This document shows positions 7,857-18,010 of a stretch of 64,000 nt of DNA, one piece after another. The translations under genes were made by a program, and so were the position numbers. The DNA is taken from positions 6,204 to 70,203 of the forward strand of contig QCSV01000002.1 of NCBI GenBank assembly GCA_003211415.1. The letters run 5' to 3'. Origin of the DNA: Prochlorococcus sp. AG-670-M15 (GTDB taxonomy: Bacteria > Cyanobacteriota > Cyanobacteriia > PCC-6307 > Cyanobiaceae). The notes under the pieces were generated by a model. That model had not been told where the DNA came from. It searched no databases and saw nothing but the letters and a program-made list of their open reading frames with translations. The number at the start of each line of letters is the position of its first letter. Position 1 is the stretch's first letter.

Positions 7857-9299
7857 ATGAAATATATGTTTTCAAGCTATCGTCCAAAAAATAGTTTTGA
7901 TGAATACTTTAAAGATAACGTCAACTCTGCAAGAGAAATATTAATTCCACTTCTGTCCTCTTTAGATAATATGGGTCTTGAAGAGTTAAACAGGAATCAT
8001 TCTGCAGCAAAAAAATTATTATTAAGACATGGTGCTACTTTCAGATTAAACGACACAGGTTTAAAAGGTACTGAGAGAATATTACCTTTTGATCCACTGC
8101 CAAGAATAATAAGTAAAGATGATTGGGTAACATTAGAAAAAGGCTTAAAACAAAGGCTTGAGGCAATTGATTTATTCCTAGAAGATATTTATAATTCTCA
8201 AAATATAATTAATGATGGAATAATTCCAAGAGAGTTAATCGAGAGTTCAGAAGGTTGGAGACCTCAAATGATAGGTTTCAAACCTCCATTAAATAAATGG
8301 TGTCAAATTTCGGGACTTGATTTAATAAGGGACAGAAAAGGAGATTGGCATGTTTTAGAAGATAATTTAAGGTGTCCTTCTGGGGTTGCTTATTTTTTAG
8401 AAAATAGATTAGTTATGAAAAATATTTTCCCTAATCTTTTTTCTGGAAGAATAGTAAAACCAATTGATGAATATCCATCATATCTTTTAAAAACTCTTCA
8501 AGAACTTGCTGTTTGGACAGACACTCCCAAAATAGTTCTACTAACTCCTGGAATTTTTAATAGTGCATATTTTGAACATAGTTATTTAGCGCAAGAAATG
8601 GGCATCCAATTAGTACAGGGTCATGACTTAATTTGTAATGATAATTATGTATATTTAAAAACTACCTCCGGTTTAAAGAGGGTAGATGTCATTTACAGAC
8701 GAATTGATGATGATTTTTTAGATCCTCTTAATTTTAGAAAAGATTCCTGCCTTGGTGTTAGCGGATTACTTGATGTTTTCAAGGCAGGTCATGTTGCTTT
8801 AGCAAATGCCCCTGGTACTGGAATAGCAGATGACAAAATGATTTATTCTTTTGTTCCAAAAATGATTAAATATTATCTTGATGAAGAAATTATTATTAAA
8901 AATGTAGAAACATATATTTGTCATTACGAAAAGGATCGGGAATACGTTCTAGAAAATTTACCAAAACTTGTTGTTAAGTCTGTCGCTGAAGCTGGTGGAT
9001 ATGGAATGTTAATTGGACCTCACTCAACAAGCACTGAAATAGAAGAATTTGCTAATAAAATTAGAAAAAATCCTAGAAATTTCATAGCACAACCAACATT
9101 AGAATTATCTACTGTACCATCGTTATGTGATGGAGAACTATATCCATGCCATGTTGATTTAAGACCATATATCTTGAGAGGAAAAGATTCATGGGTTAGT
9201 CCAGGTGGGCTTACGAGGGTAGCATTAAAAAAAGGATCATTAGTCGTAAACTCTTCTCAAGGTGGAGGATGCAAAGATACATGGGTTGTAGGTAAATAA
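7857..9299 (+). CDS. Circularly permuted type 2 ATP-grasp protein
   Basis: LPFDPLPRII, LEDNLRCPSGV, YRRIDDDFLDP and NSSQGGGCKDTWV motifs. Confidence 0.92.
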   Translation: MKYMFSSYRPKNSFDEYFKDNVNSAREILIPLLSSLDNMGLEELNRNHSAAKKLLLRHGATFRLNDTGLKGTERILPFDPLPRIISKDDWVTLEKGLKQRLEAIDLFLEDIYNSQNIINDGIIPRELIESSEGWRPQMIGFKPPLNKWCQISGLDLIRDRKGDWHVLEDNLRCPSGVAYFLENRLVMKNIFPNLFSGRIVKPIDEYPSYLLKTLQELAVWTDTPKIVLLTPGIFNSAYFEHSYLAQEMGIQLVQGHDLICNDNYVYLKTTSGLKRVDVIYRRIDDDFLDPLNFRKDSCLGVSGLLDVFKAGHVALANAPGTGIADDKMIYSFVPKMIKYYLDEEIIIKNVETYICHYEKDREYVLENLPKLVVKSVAEAGGYGMLIGPHSTSTEIEEFANKIRKNPRNFIAQPTLELSTVPSLCDGELYPCHVDLRPYILRGKDSWVSPGGLTRVALKKGSLVVNSSQGGGCKDTWVVGK

Positions 9300-9300
9300 T

Positions 9301-10242
9301 ATGCTTTTAAGTCGTGTAGCAGAATCTCTTTATTGGATCAATCGTTATTTAGAACGAGCAGAAAATATATCTCGTTTTGTGGAAGTAAGTGAAGCAATGT
9401 CATTAGATTGTCCACCAGGAAGTGCAGAACCTTGGCTCCCGTTAATTGATGCTTCAAGTGACAGAGAATCTTTTGATAAAAGATTCCCAGAAAAAAAGCC
9501 TGATGACGTTATAAATTTTTTAATAAGAGATCGTTTAAATCCAAACAGCATAATTTCTTGTATTCAATTAGCTAGAGAAAACGCACGACAAATAAGAGAC
9601 GTCTTGACAACAGAAATGTGGGAGCAAATTAACATTTTATATTGGAATATGCAAGAAGGAGAAGCAATATGGAATAAGCCAAGGCAAGAACAATTAAGTG
9701 AAATAAGGAGAGCATGTCAGCTTTTTTATGGAATTACAGATGCGACTTTAAGCAAAGACCTTGCTTGGAGATTTAGCATTCTTGGAAGATTAGTTGAGAG
9801 AGCTGATAAAACATCGAGAATTTTAGATGTTAAATATTATTTACTTCTCCCCAGCCTTGATGAACTTGGAGGTGTTCTTGATGAGTTGCAATGGATTGCT
9901 CTTTTACGTTCCGCTGGAGCTTATCAGATGTTTAGGAAAGCAGAGCAAAATTCTATTAAGCCTGAATCAGTTGCAAGATTCCTTTTACTGGATCCAATTT
10001 TTCCGAGATCAATAAGATACTGTCTTGATGGGATAAGCAATACTCTTAAGATGATAGATACCTCTCCTCCTCCTGAAAATCCTTCCGAATTAGAATGCAT
10101 GAGAGGCTTGCTCAAAGCTAAGTGGAGTTATATCAGAATTGAAGATATAATTAATGATGGTTTACATGAGGCAATCGATTCATTGCAAATTGATTTGAAT
10201 AAATTAAATGATCTCATTCAAGAAAAATACTTTATCACTTAA
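9301..10242 (+). CDS. Alpha-E domain protein (DUF403)
   Basis: MLLSRVAESLYWINRYLERAEN, ARENAR, GRLVERADKT and FPRS motifs. Confidence 0.92.
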   Translation: MLLSRVAESLYWINRYLERAENISRFVEVSEAMSLDCPPGSAEPWLPLIDASSDRESFDKRFPEKKPDDVINFLIRDRLNPNSIISCIQLARENARQIRDVLTTEMWEQINILYWNMQEGEAIWNKPRQEQLSEIRRACQLFYGITDATLSKDLAWRFSILGRLVERADKTSRILDVKYYLLLPSLDELGGVLDELQWIALLRSAGAYQMFRKAEQNSIKPESVARFLLLDPIFPRSIRYCLDGISNTLKMIDTSPPPENPSELECMRGLLKAKWSYIRIEDIINDGLHEAIDSLQIDLNKLNDLIQEKYFIT

Positions 10243-10253
10243 TAAGTTTTTTA

Positions 10254-11111
10254 ATGAGAATTAAATACCTTCACAAACTTGAATATAAATATGAAGAACC
10301 TGTTCAATTAGGCGAGCATAGATTGTGTATAAAGCCAAGGTCAAATGGATTCCAAAAGTTGAAGAATTTTGAATTAAAAATAACCCCAGAACCAGAAATT
10401 ATTTATCCATTACTTGCTGCAAGTGGTGAAGAGATTAATCGAATTAGATTCAATGGAGTAACAGATAATTTAATTATTGAATCAATAAGCGAAGTTGAGA
10501 CCATTAAGCATCCAAATATTATTGATGGGGTAAAAAATAGAGATCTAACATTACCTTTTTGCAGAAGTATCATAAACAGAGATTTACAAGGGGCATTAGA
10601 GGGCTGGATGCCAAATGGACAGCACGATCCCTCTGCAGTTGAACTTGCCCAAGAAGCATTAGCAGGAAGTTTTAATAACGCATTATCATTCACCTATCAA
10701 TTAATAGAGATTATTCAAGATCGGGTAAAATATACAAAAAGACATACAGGTCCTGCATGGCCAGCGAGCAGAACAATTAAAGAACGTATAGGTTCATGCA
10801 GAGATTTAGCAATGCTCATGGTTGAAGCTTGTAGGTCTATTGGTATCCCAAGTAGATTTGTAAGTGGTTATCATTTTGAAGATCCATTGCCCTCTGAGTT
10901 AGATTTACATGCTTGGGCTGAGTTATACATTCCAGGTGCTGGTTGGAGAGGTTTTGATCCAAGCGGAAAAGGATTAATAGACGAAAGATATTTAACATTA
11001 GTATCCTCTTCTAAATCTAATTTAACCTCTGTAATTACAGGAAACTTTATAGGAAAAAATAATCTAGAAAATTCTTTATCCTGGGAAATCAAACCTCTTG
11101 AAATTAAATAA
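10254..11111 (+). CDS. Transglutaminase-like protein
   Basis: Triad motifs GSCRD, HAWAE and GWRGFDP. Confidence 0.92.
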   Translation: MRIKYLHKLEYKYEEPVQLGEHRLCIKPRSNGFQKLKNFELKITPEPEIIYPLLAASGEEINRIRFNGVTDNLIIESISEVETIKHPNIIDGVKNRDLTLPFCRSIINRDLQGALEGWMPNGQHDPSAVELAQEALAGSFNNALSFTYQLIEIIQDRVKYTKRHTGPAWPASRTIKERIGSCRDLAMLMVEACRSIGIPSRFVSGYHFEDPLPSELDLHAWAELYIPGAGWRGFDPSGKGLIDERYLTLVSSSKSNLTSVITGNFIGKNNLENSLSWEIKPLEIK

Positions 11112-11237
11112 AAACTAAATTTTTAATCTTTTCAAAATAGCAAAAAATTAAAATAATGATATGTTTCTTTTTTAGTGTTAATTGATACGTTCTTGGATAT
11201 ATATATCTGTTTTCATTTGTTTAATCTTTAAAGACAA

Positions 11238-11759
11238 TTGAACTCAAGTTTAGAAATTCCAGTTATCAAACCAAACAAATCGAAAATGTTTGAATTGATA
11301 AGTTATGAAAAATTTCGCGATACAAAAGATGTAAGATTTTTTGATATTAGTGTTAATAAATCAAACTATAGAGATCTAGTTATTCACAGTGGTCCTGCAG
11401 TTAGTCCGCCAAATGATGAAGAATTTAATAATTGGCAATTTTACATACATCACAATCAAGAAGATAATCTACTCGCTATCTCTGGAGGAAGAACATTTTT
11501 TCTTGTCAATTTTGGGTGGGATTATCCTTTTTATAAAGTTAGATTAGAATCTTGCGGATATATTCTAAGAATACCTAGAGGTACTTTTCATAGATCAGTA
11601 TCTGACGAAAACGGTTCCATAGTTTTAAATCAAGCTATAAGAGATAAAGAAGGTACAGTTGAATCTGAATTCAAGGTTACGAATAGCAAAGACAACAAAA
11701 AACTTCTAGATTGTATAACCAATCTAGAGCCTAAATTTAAAATTTATAGTGTTAAATAA
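11238..11759 (+). CDS. Cupin-fold hypothetical protein (start probably ATG 11286)
   Basis: FYIHHNQEDNL and LRIPRGTFHRS cupin-like motifs. Confidence 0.7.
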   Translation: MNSSLEIPVIKPNKSKMFELISYEKFRDTKDVRFFDISVNKSNYRDLVIHSGPAVSPPNDEEFNNWQFYIHHNQEDNLLAISGGRTFFLVNFGWDYPFYKVRLESCGYILRIPRGTFHRSVSDENGSIVLNQAIRDKEGTVESEFKVTNSKDNKKLLDCITNLEPKFKIYSVK

Positions 11760-11841
11760 TCTTAAAAAGCGATTATAAATTTATTCAACGATTTAAAAAA
11801 TTATCTATTTGTTATAAAATAAAATTAATCAAATTTTCAAA

Positions 11842-12360
11842 ATGAAATTTTTTAGGTTTTTAAAATATCTTTTATGCATAACTTTTTCTTTCTTAGTGTT
11901 ATCCTCTCCAGTTTTTGCTGGGGCGAATGTTGCTGTTAAGGGCGAAGGAGATGAAGTCCCGAGTTATGTAAGGTCTAATATTACAGGATTTGATTTCCAT
12001 GGAGAGGATCTTCATTTGTCTTCTATAGCTGGAGCGGTTGCTAGAGACGCAGATTTTAGTGATGTTGATTTACATGGGACAACCTTAACCCTATCTGATT
12101 TAAAAGGTTCTAATCTAAATGGAATCGACCTGACCGATACACTTTCTGATCGAGTTAATTTCCAAAAAACAGATCTTAGAAATGCTGTTTTAATAAATAT
12201 GATCGCATCAGGCAGCAGTTTTGCAGGAGCTCAAATAGAAGGAGCAGATTTTTCTTATGCCATTCTTGATAGCGAAGATCAAAGAAACCTTTGTGAAATT
12301 GCTGATGGGATCAATCCAACAACAGGAGTTTCAACTAGAGAAAGTCTTGAGTGTAGTTAG
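11842..12360 (+). CDS. Pentapeptide repeat protein, exported
   Basis: Signal peptide; ADFSD/VDLHG/SDLKG/SNLNG repeats. Confidence 0.9.
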   Translation: MKFFRFLKYLLCITFSFLVLSSPVFAGANVAVKGEGDEVPSYVRSNITGFDFHGEDLHLSSIAGAVARDADFSDVDLHGTTLTLSDLKGSNLNGIDLTDTLSDRVNFQKTDLRNAVLINMIASGSSFAGAQIEGADFSYAILDSEDQRNLCEIADGINPTTGVSTRESLECS

Positions 12361-12368
12361 TATTAAAA

Positions 12369-12722
12369 TTATAAGTAAACTTTCTTACCATTATTAAATT
12401 TATAAATCCTTTGTTCTTCGTCTTGAAATATCATCTCACCATTTAATTTTGATTTCTTAAATTTTGAAAGTCTTGCTCTGTGTATATTGGATTTTCTATT
12501 TATATTATCTTCGTTATCATAAACCCCAATATAAATATTTATATTAGGATTTGAAAAGGTTTTTTCTTCCTCTCTTAAAAAAATTCTGTCAATATTTGTT
12601 TGCGTGCTCTGCAGTTTATTTTTGAATTTATCTAATTTTAGATTCTTTGGTTTTTTAGAATTAATTTTTTTGGAGCCCAAAAATATAACTCCTAAAATTA
12701 GAAAAACTAAAAATATTTTCAT
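12369..12722 (-). CDS. Hypothetical protein with N-terminal TM
   Basis: 117-aa ORF with hydrophobic N-terminus. Confidence 0.6.
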   Translation of the reverse strand: MKIFLVFLILGVIFLGSKKINSKKPKNLKLDKFKNKLQSTQTNIDRIFLREEEKTFSNPNINIYIGVYDNEDNINRKSNIHRARLSKFKKSKLNGEMIFQDEEQRIYKFNNGKKVYL

Positions 12723-12913
12723 TACTTAATTTTTATTTTAATATCTACGCCTAAGTCACTTTTAGTAGTTAATATTTCTTTTTTTATGATTCCGTAGGTA
12801 AAAATTTTAGATAAAGTTTTTAAAGATTTAAAAACTAAAAAAATAGTAAATAAAAAGAAAAGAATAATGTTTTCTACAAGTAGATTTTTATTTTTGTTAT
12901 CTAAATTACTCAT
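12722..12913 (-). CDS. Small hypothetical membrane protein
   Basis: 63-aa ORF; stop overlaps next start by 1 nt. Confidence 0.5.
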   Translation of the reverse strand: MSNLDNKNKNLLVENIILFFLFTIFLVFKSLKTLSKIFTYGIIKKEILTTKSDLGVDIKIKIK

Positions 12914-12935
12914 AGAAGTCTTAAATCAATTATTT

Positions 12936-13799
12936 TTAGTAACTATTTGCATATGGGCCGAAAAATTCACTGGCGTCTCTTCCCATTACTTTAGCAAGAT
13001 ATAAACTTTTATCTATATCCCATCTTGATGCCATTCCATAAAGAATAGCAGCAGCAAAAGAATCGCCACATCCATATGAATCAACCTTTAATTTTTTGTT
13101 TTTAAGAGCCTTATATCTTCCTCCAGGAAATAGTATGCCTCCATTCTCTCCCTCTGTTTTAATAGTATATTTGGGTTTTAAAGATAATTCAGAAAAAGAA
13201 AAAACTTCCCCGGGATCAAGATTACTGCCTATTAGTCCATCTAAAAGAACATTTGATTTATTAATTATGTTTAATCCCACCCTTGGTGTTGTACAGAGTA
13301 CTGAAGCTGATCTAGCCATTTTAAAAATCTCTGAATCAGATGCCGTAATAAAAATTCCATCCATTTTTTTTAAAATATTCCATTCCAAATTGTCTTTATG
13401 AGTTGGAGCTAACCTTTCACCAATAACTGTTATTGCTCTTTCACCTTGAGAGTCAATTAAACTAAATCCTCTTCTAGTTGGTTTATCGCGCCAAGCTACA
13501 TGCATATTAATTCCCATATTTGAGAGAATCTTGAAACACTTATCTCCATATTCATCATTACCTAATGAAGTGAAAAAATGAATTTGGTTTAAAGTTAAAT
13601 CAGAAAGTATTTTTGCGATAATGGAGCCACCACCAGCTGGATACTCAAGGGACTTTTCAGAATGAGAAATGACTCCTGGTTTTGGTAATTGATCAACCTT
13701 TAAAAAATTTATCCACTCAACATGACCAACCACAGCAAAATTTAAATTTCCTTTTTTAAATTTATAGTTTTCAACTTTATTATTCTTTTCAACAACCAT
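12936..13799 (-). CDS. PfkB-family carbohydrate kinase
   Basis: PAGGG and DSYGCGDSF motifs. Confidence 0.85.
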   Translation of the reverse strand: MVVEKNNKVENYKFKKGNLNFAVVGHVEWINFLKVDQLPKPGVISHSEKSLEYPAGGGSIIAKILSDLTLNQIHFFTSLGNDEYGDKCFKILSNMGINMHVAWRDKPTRRGFSLIDSQGERAITVIGERLAPTHKDNLEWNILKKMDGIFITASDSEIFKMARSASVLCTTPRVGLNIINKSNVLLDGLIGSNLDPGEVFSFSELSLKPKYTIKTEGENGGILFPGGRYKALKNKKLKVDSYGCGDSFAAAILYGMASRWDIDKSLYLAKVMGRDASEFFGPYANSY

Positions 13800-13840
13800 A
13801 AGCTTTTAAATACTATTATTAAAAGAAATATTTTTGACAA

Positions 13841-14212
13841 GTGAATTCATTTAACATTTTAAAAGATAATAAAGAGATACTATCTTATCTTTACCTTTTT
13901 CTATCAATTTTGGGTGCTGTACTACCAATGATGGCAAATTTCGAATTTGCTAGGGAATATGGAAACAGTTTTGATATAAATAACTTCATTTCTTTAGCGA
14001 ATGCAAACCCTGCAGCTCAGTCAATTTCTAGAGACTTATTAGTAGGTGCAAGCGCTATTTTTATATGGATAGTAAATGAATCAAAAAAACTAAACATGAA
14101 GAATATGTGGGTTGTATACATTGGAACTTTTCTTATAGCCTTCGCATTCTCTGCACCTTTTTTCTTATTTCTAAGAGAGAGAAGAATTATTGAATTAGAA
14201 AAGATTAATTAA
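13841..14212 (+). CDS. DUF2834-like membrane protein
   Basis: ANANPAAQSISRDL and AFAFSAPFFLFLRER. Confidence 0.75.
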   Translation: MNSFNILKDNKEILSYLYLFLSILGAVLPMMANFEFAREYGNSFDINNFISLANANPAAQSISRDLLVGASAIFIWIVNESKKLNMKNMWVVYIGTFLIAFAFSAPFFLFLRERRIIELEKIN

Positions 14213-15438
14213 AATAATCTCTTAAATAAAATTGCAAATACAATAAAGCAACAACATGAAATGGAAAGCCAGATTATTGAAGCATAACCAAATAGATCTA
14301 ATATTCTTCCCGAAATAAATGGTCCAAAAAAATAACCCATAGCGAAACATTGTGATAATAGAGCAAGTGCAAAACCTTTTTTGTTTGAAGGAGCTATTCT
14401 GAAAATGACATCTGTTGATGTTGGAAGAAATGAAGCAGTCCCTAAACTTACTAATATCAATGAAAAAGAAATTAAATAAAAAGCTGAGATATTTAAATAA
14501 CTAGAAATAAATAATAAAAATGAAGCAAAAGAGAAATTTACTAAACTAAATTTCAAGCCATATAATCTTCCTTTCTTAGATATCCAAGAACCGACAGGCC
14601 ATTGTAAAAACAACAATAAAATTAACTGGATAGAAATTATAAGACTAATAATTTCTTTGCTTAATGCATTGCGATAAACTCCACCTTTAACAAGATCCAG
14701 AGGCAAAGTTACTTGAATCAAAGCTAAAGAGGTAGTTATCAATAAAATAGATAAGACTATTATTGTTGAATTTTTATTCCATTTCAATTGTCCCTTATTA
14801 ATTGGATCTACAAATTTTTTTTGGAAATTTTCTAAGTTTCTATTAATAGAAGAACTATTTATAGATATTAAATTTGTGATAACTAACATGCAAAATATAT
14901 CATTAATAAAAATTGATTTAGAATACAAAAAATTTGTCATAAAACCCCCTATTAATACACCTAGAAATATTCCTAAAGCCTCCGAACTTCTAACAAGAGC
15001 ATAAGCTTTGCGTGTTTCGATAGGATGGCAAAAATAGGGGACCCCAAACTCGGCAGCAGGCCAATATATTCCTGCAGCAGCTCCAACAAATGATTGTCCA
15101 ATTATGTATAAAAAGGTATCTCTTGAAAAAATGAGGAATAAGCTAGCGGCAATACTTAGTATTGAAGATGTAACTATTGGAAATTGTATTTTCCCTGTTT
15201 TATTAAGATAATTACCTGTAAAGAGTCTTGTTACGGTTCCAATTATTGCTGAAATGGTAAACCCCAAGCCAATATCTGTTGCCGATAATCCTATGTTATT
15301 AAAAACAAGTGATGTTAAATAAATAACACCTCCTGCTCCAAATGCAGCGTAAAATCTTATCTTGGTTATTAACCTCAAATGATATGGGAATTGAATCCAC
15401 CAATTTTTGCTAATTTGTAAACTATTTGGACTAATCAC
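14209..15438 (-). CDS. MFS transporter
   Basis: About 12 hydrophobic segments; APSNKKGFALA and GPFISGRILD. Confidence 0.85.
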   Translation of the reverse strand: MISPNSLQISKNWWIQFPYHLRLITKIRFYAAFGAGGVIYLTSLVFNNIGLSATDIGLGFTISAIIGTVTRLFTGNYLNKTGKIQFPIVTSSILSIAASLFLIFSRDTFLYIIGQSFVGAAAGIYWPAAEFGVPYFCHPIETRKAYALVRSSEALGIFLGVLIGGFMTNFLYSKSIFINDIFCMLVITNLISINSSSINRNLENFQKKFVDPINKGQLKWNKNSTIIVLSILLITTSLALIQVTLPLDLVKGGVYRNALSKEIISLIISIQLILLLFLQWPVGSWISKKGRLYGLKFSLVNFSFASFLLFISSYLNISAFYLISFSLILVSLGTASFLPTSTDVIFRIAPSNKKGFALALLSQCFAMGYFFGPFISGRILDLFGYASIIWLSISCCCFIVFAILFKRLF

Positions 15439-15440
15439 AA

Positions 15441-16991
15441 GTGAAATACATTTTTATAATTTTTTTTAGTTTTTATGGTTTATTTTTTAATAATGGTTTA
15501 AAGGCTGCTGAAAAGATAAATATTAAATTTGAAGAGATGGAAATCCCTCTTACTATAGAACAATTATCAAAATTAGAAAAATACAAAGATGATTCAACAG
15601 AATTAATAGATTGGTTAAAAAAAAATGGATTAATAAGAGTTTTTGAATTATCAAAATTTTTAGAATTTCCAGTTTTCAAAGAGGAGGGATTAAATAGAGA
15701 AATATTAAGAAGTTGGATAGGACGTAAAATTCTTACAGAATTAAGCAAAAGTATTAAAGTTCCAAATGACAATAATGGAACAGAAATTTATAACACTATA
15801 GAAAATTTATTAGATCAAAAAAAAGAAGTTTCAACTTTAGAAATCATAAAGGCATTACCATCAGAAGAAATTTCACTTGATATTGATAATTTAATTTTAA
15901 TAATTTCATCTTGGAAAAATGAATTATCAAAACAACAAGAACTTTTATCCAAATTAAATAAACTTGAAAGAACGAACCAAAATGCCTTCAAAAATACTGA
16001 AAAAAAATCAACTCAAGATCTTATAAAAATTGATAAAAAAATTTATGCTCCTCACCGAGTGAAACCTTTTGAAATTGAAATATGGAAAAGCAATAAAACA
16101 AATGAAGATAAAGAACTGATAATTTTTATGCCAGGACTTGGAGGCGAAATTAATAATTTCAAATGGATAGGAAACGAATTGGCTAAAAGAGGTTGGCCAA
16201 TATTATATATTGATCATAGAGGAAGTAATTTGGAGTCATTTATACAAGTACTCGAAGGTAAGGAAACAATACCAGGAAGTGCAGACTTTTTCTTATATAG
16301 AATTAAAGATTTAGATGCTGTATTAAAAGCTCATGAAAATGGAGAATTTGGTTTACCTAATGATTCTTATATTTTAATGGGGCATTCACTTGGTTCTTTA
16401 ATAGCACTTTTATATGAAGGCAATAAACCTACTGAACAACTAGAGAGCAAATGTGATTCGGCATTAAAAGACTTTGCGGTAACAAATTTATCTAAATTAC
16501 TTCAATGTCAGTTGAGCGAAATACCATTCCCTAAGAGATATAACTCTAATAAGGCCAGTGCGATTATAGGTTTTAATGCATTTGGTAGCTTATTATGGCC
16601 AAAAGAAAATAGTACAGGCATTAAAACACCAACTCTACTAATAGGTGGTACCTATGACCTTATTACTCCATTAATGAATGAACAATTTAGAGTTTTTTCT
16701 GCTTTAAATAATCCATCAAATAGATTTCTAATTATTGAAGGGGCAAGTCATTTCTCTCCAATAAGAATTAATAAAAGCTATGAAGAAAATAATGATGTCT
16801 TTAAAATAAGTGAAAATTTTATTGGTTCAGAGCCAATATTAGTGCAAGATTTATCTGCAAAATTTATAGTTGAATTTTTAAAAAATATTAAAGAACAAAA
16901 GATCCCAAAAGTAGTTAAAAATCAAAGAGATTTGGGACTTGAATTCCATCTTTTAGATCTTGAAACAATAAAAGAAATTTCGGAAAATTAG
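15441..16991 (+). CDS. Alpha/beta hydrolase with DUF1400-like N-terminus
   Basis: PGLGG, GHSLG, D...P and GASHFS motifs. Confidence 0.8.
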   Translation: MKYIFIIFFSFYGLFFNNGLKAAEKINIKFEEMEIPLTIEQLSKLEKYKDDSTELIDWLKKNGLIRVFELSKFLEFPVFKEEGLNREILRSWIGRKILTELSKSIKVPNDNNGTEIYNTIENLLDQKKEVSTLEIIKALPSEEISLDIDNLILIISSWKNELSKQQELLSKLNKLERTNQNAFKNTEKKSTQDLIKIDKKIYAPHRVKPFEIEIWKSNKTNEDKELIIFMPGLGGEINNFKWIGNELAKRGWPILYIDHRGSNLESFIQVLEGKETIPGSADFFLYRIKDLDAVLKAHENGEFGLPNDSYILMGHSLGSLIALLYEGNKPTEQLESKCDSALKDFAVTNLSKLLQCQLSEIPFPKRYNSNKASAIIGFNAFGSLLWPKENSTGIKTPTLLIGGTYDLITPLMNEQFRVFSALNNPSNRFLIIEGASHFSPIRINKSYEENNDVFKISENFIGSEPILVQDLSAKFIVEFLKNIKEQKIPKVVKNQRDLGLEFHLLDLETIKEISEN

Positions 16992-18010
16992 TACTCTATT
17001 CGTGGATCTAAATATGCGATTAAAATATCTACGAAGAGATTTAAAGAGACTATGAGCATAGAGGTAAAAATTACAATTCCTTGAACCAAGGTATAGTCTC
17101 TTTGAGAAATAGCTTCATGTAATCTTAAAGCTATACCTGGCCATGAAAAAGTTACCTCGAACAATAAAGCACCTCCTGCTAATGAGGCCAAAGTCAAGCC
17201 AGAAATAGTGACAATTGGCAATAGAGCATTAGGCAATGCATGGTTTAAAAATATTTTTTTTCTTGATATTCCTCTACATTTAGCAGCATTTACATAATCA
17301 CTTTTAAACGTCTTATCCAAATTCACTCTTAATGAGCGGCTAAATATACCACTTAATAAAAAGCCAAGGGTAATCGAAGGAAGTGCGAGATGATAAAGAC
17401 TATCTTTCAAAGCAATAATATTATTTGAAAGAATACTATCTAAAACAAGAAAACCTGTAATTTGAGGTTGTTGCTGAAATATTGGAAATCTACCTCCAAT
17501 TGGGGCAATATTAAAAAATACAGAAAATAATAATTGCGCTAACATTGCACCCCAAAAAGGAGGGATCGCATATGTAGCAATTCCTAATATTCTTGCAATA
17601 TAATCAGTCTTATTCCCTTTATTTCTTAAGCCAATTAATCCCAGTGGGAAGCCTATTATTGTGGCACTTAATATTGAAAAGAATCCAAGTTCAAGACTTG
17701 CAGGAAATGACTTAATAATAATATTTATCACTGGCTCTTGGGTACTAAGAGATTTACCGAAATCTAAGTGCAATATATTTCTAATATATGAATAATATTG
17801 ACTTATTAAAGGTTCATTTAGCCCCAATTTATTTCTTAGAAATTCCCTAGAAACCTCATCTGCACCAGATCCAAGTATGGCATCTACAGGATCACCGGGA
17901 GCAACTCTTAATAAAATAAAAACTAATGAAGAAATTATCCATAACATTATAGGTATTAATGAAATTTTTAATAAGGAATAATTTAGTAGTTTATTTGAAT
18001 TTCTACTCAT
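16988..18010 (-). CDS. dppB: Peptide ABC transporter permease
   Basis: APGDP, DYVNAAKCRG (EAA loop) and FEVTFSWPG. Confidence 0.85.
   Translation of the reverse strand: MSRNSNKLLNYSLLKISLIPIMLWIISSLVFILLRVAPGDPVDAILGSGADEVSREFLRNKLGLNEPLISQYYSYIRNILHLDFGKSLSTQEPVINIIIKSFPASLELGFFSILSATIIGFPLGLIGLRNKGNKTDYIARILGIATYAIPPFWGAMLAQLLFSVFFNIAPIGGRFPIFQQQPQITGFLVLDSILSNNIIALKDSLYHLALPSITLGFLLSGIFSRSLRVNLDKTFKSDYVNAAKCRGISRKKIFLNHALPNALLPIVTISGLTLASLAGGALLFEVTFSWPGIALRLHEAISQRDYTLVQGIVIFTSMLIVSLNLFVDILIAYLDPRIEY

Noticed and set aside
6192-13000. Region as a genomic island or prophage
   Set aside because: No integrase, transposase, phage genes or boundary repeats; composition looks like the flanks
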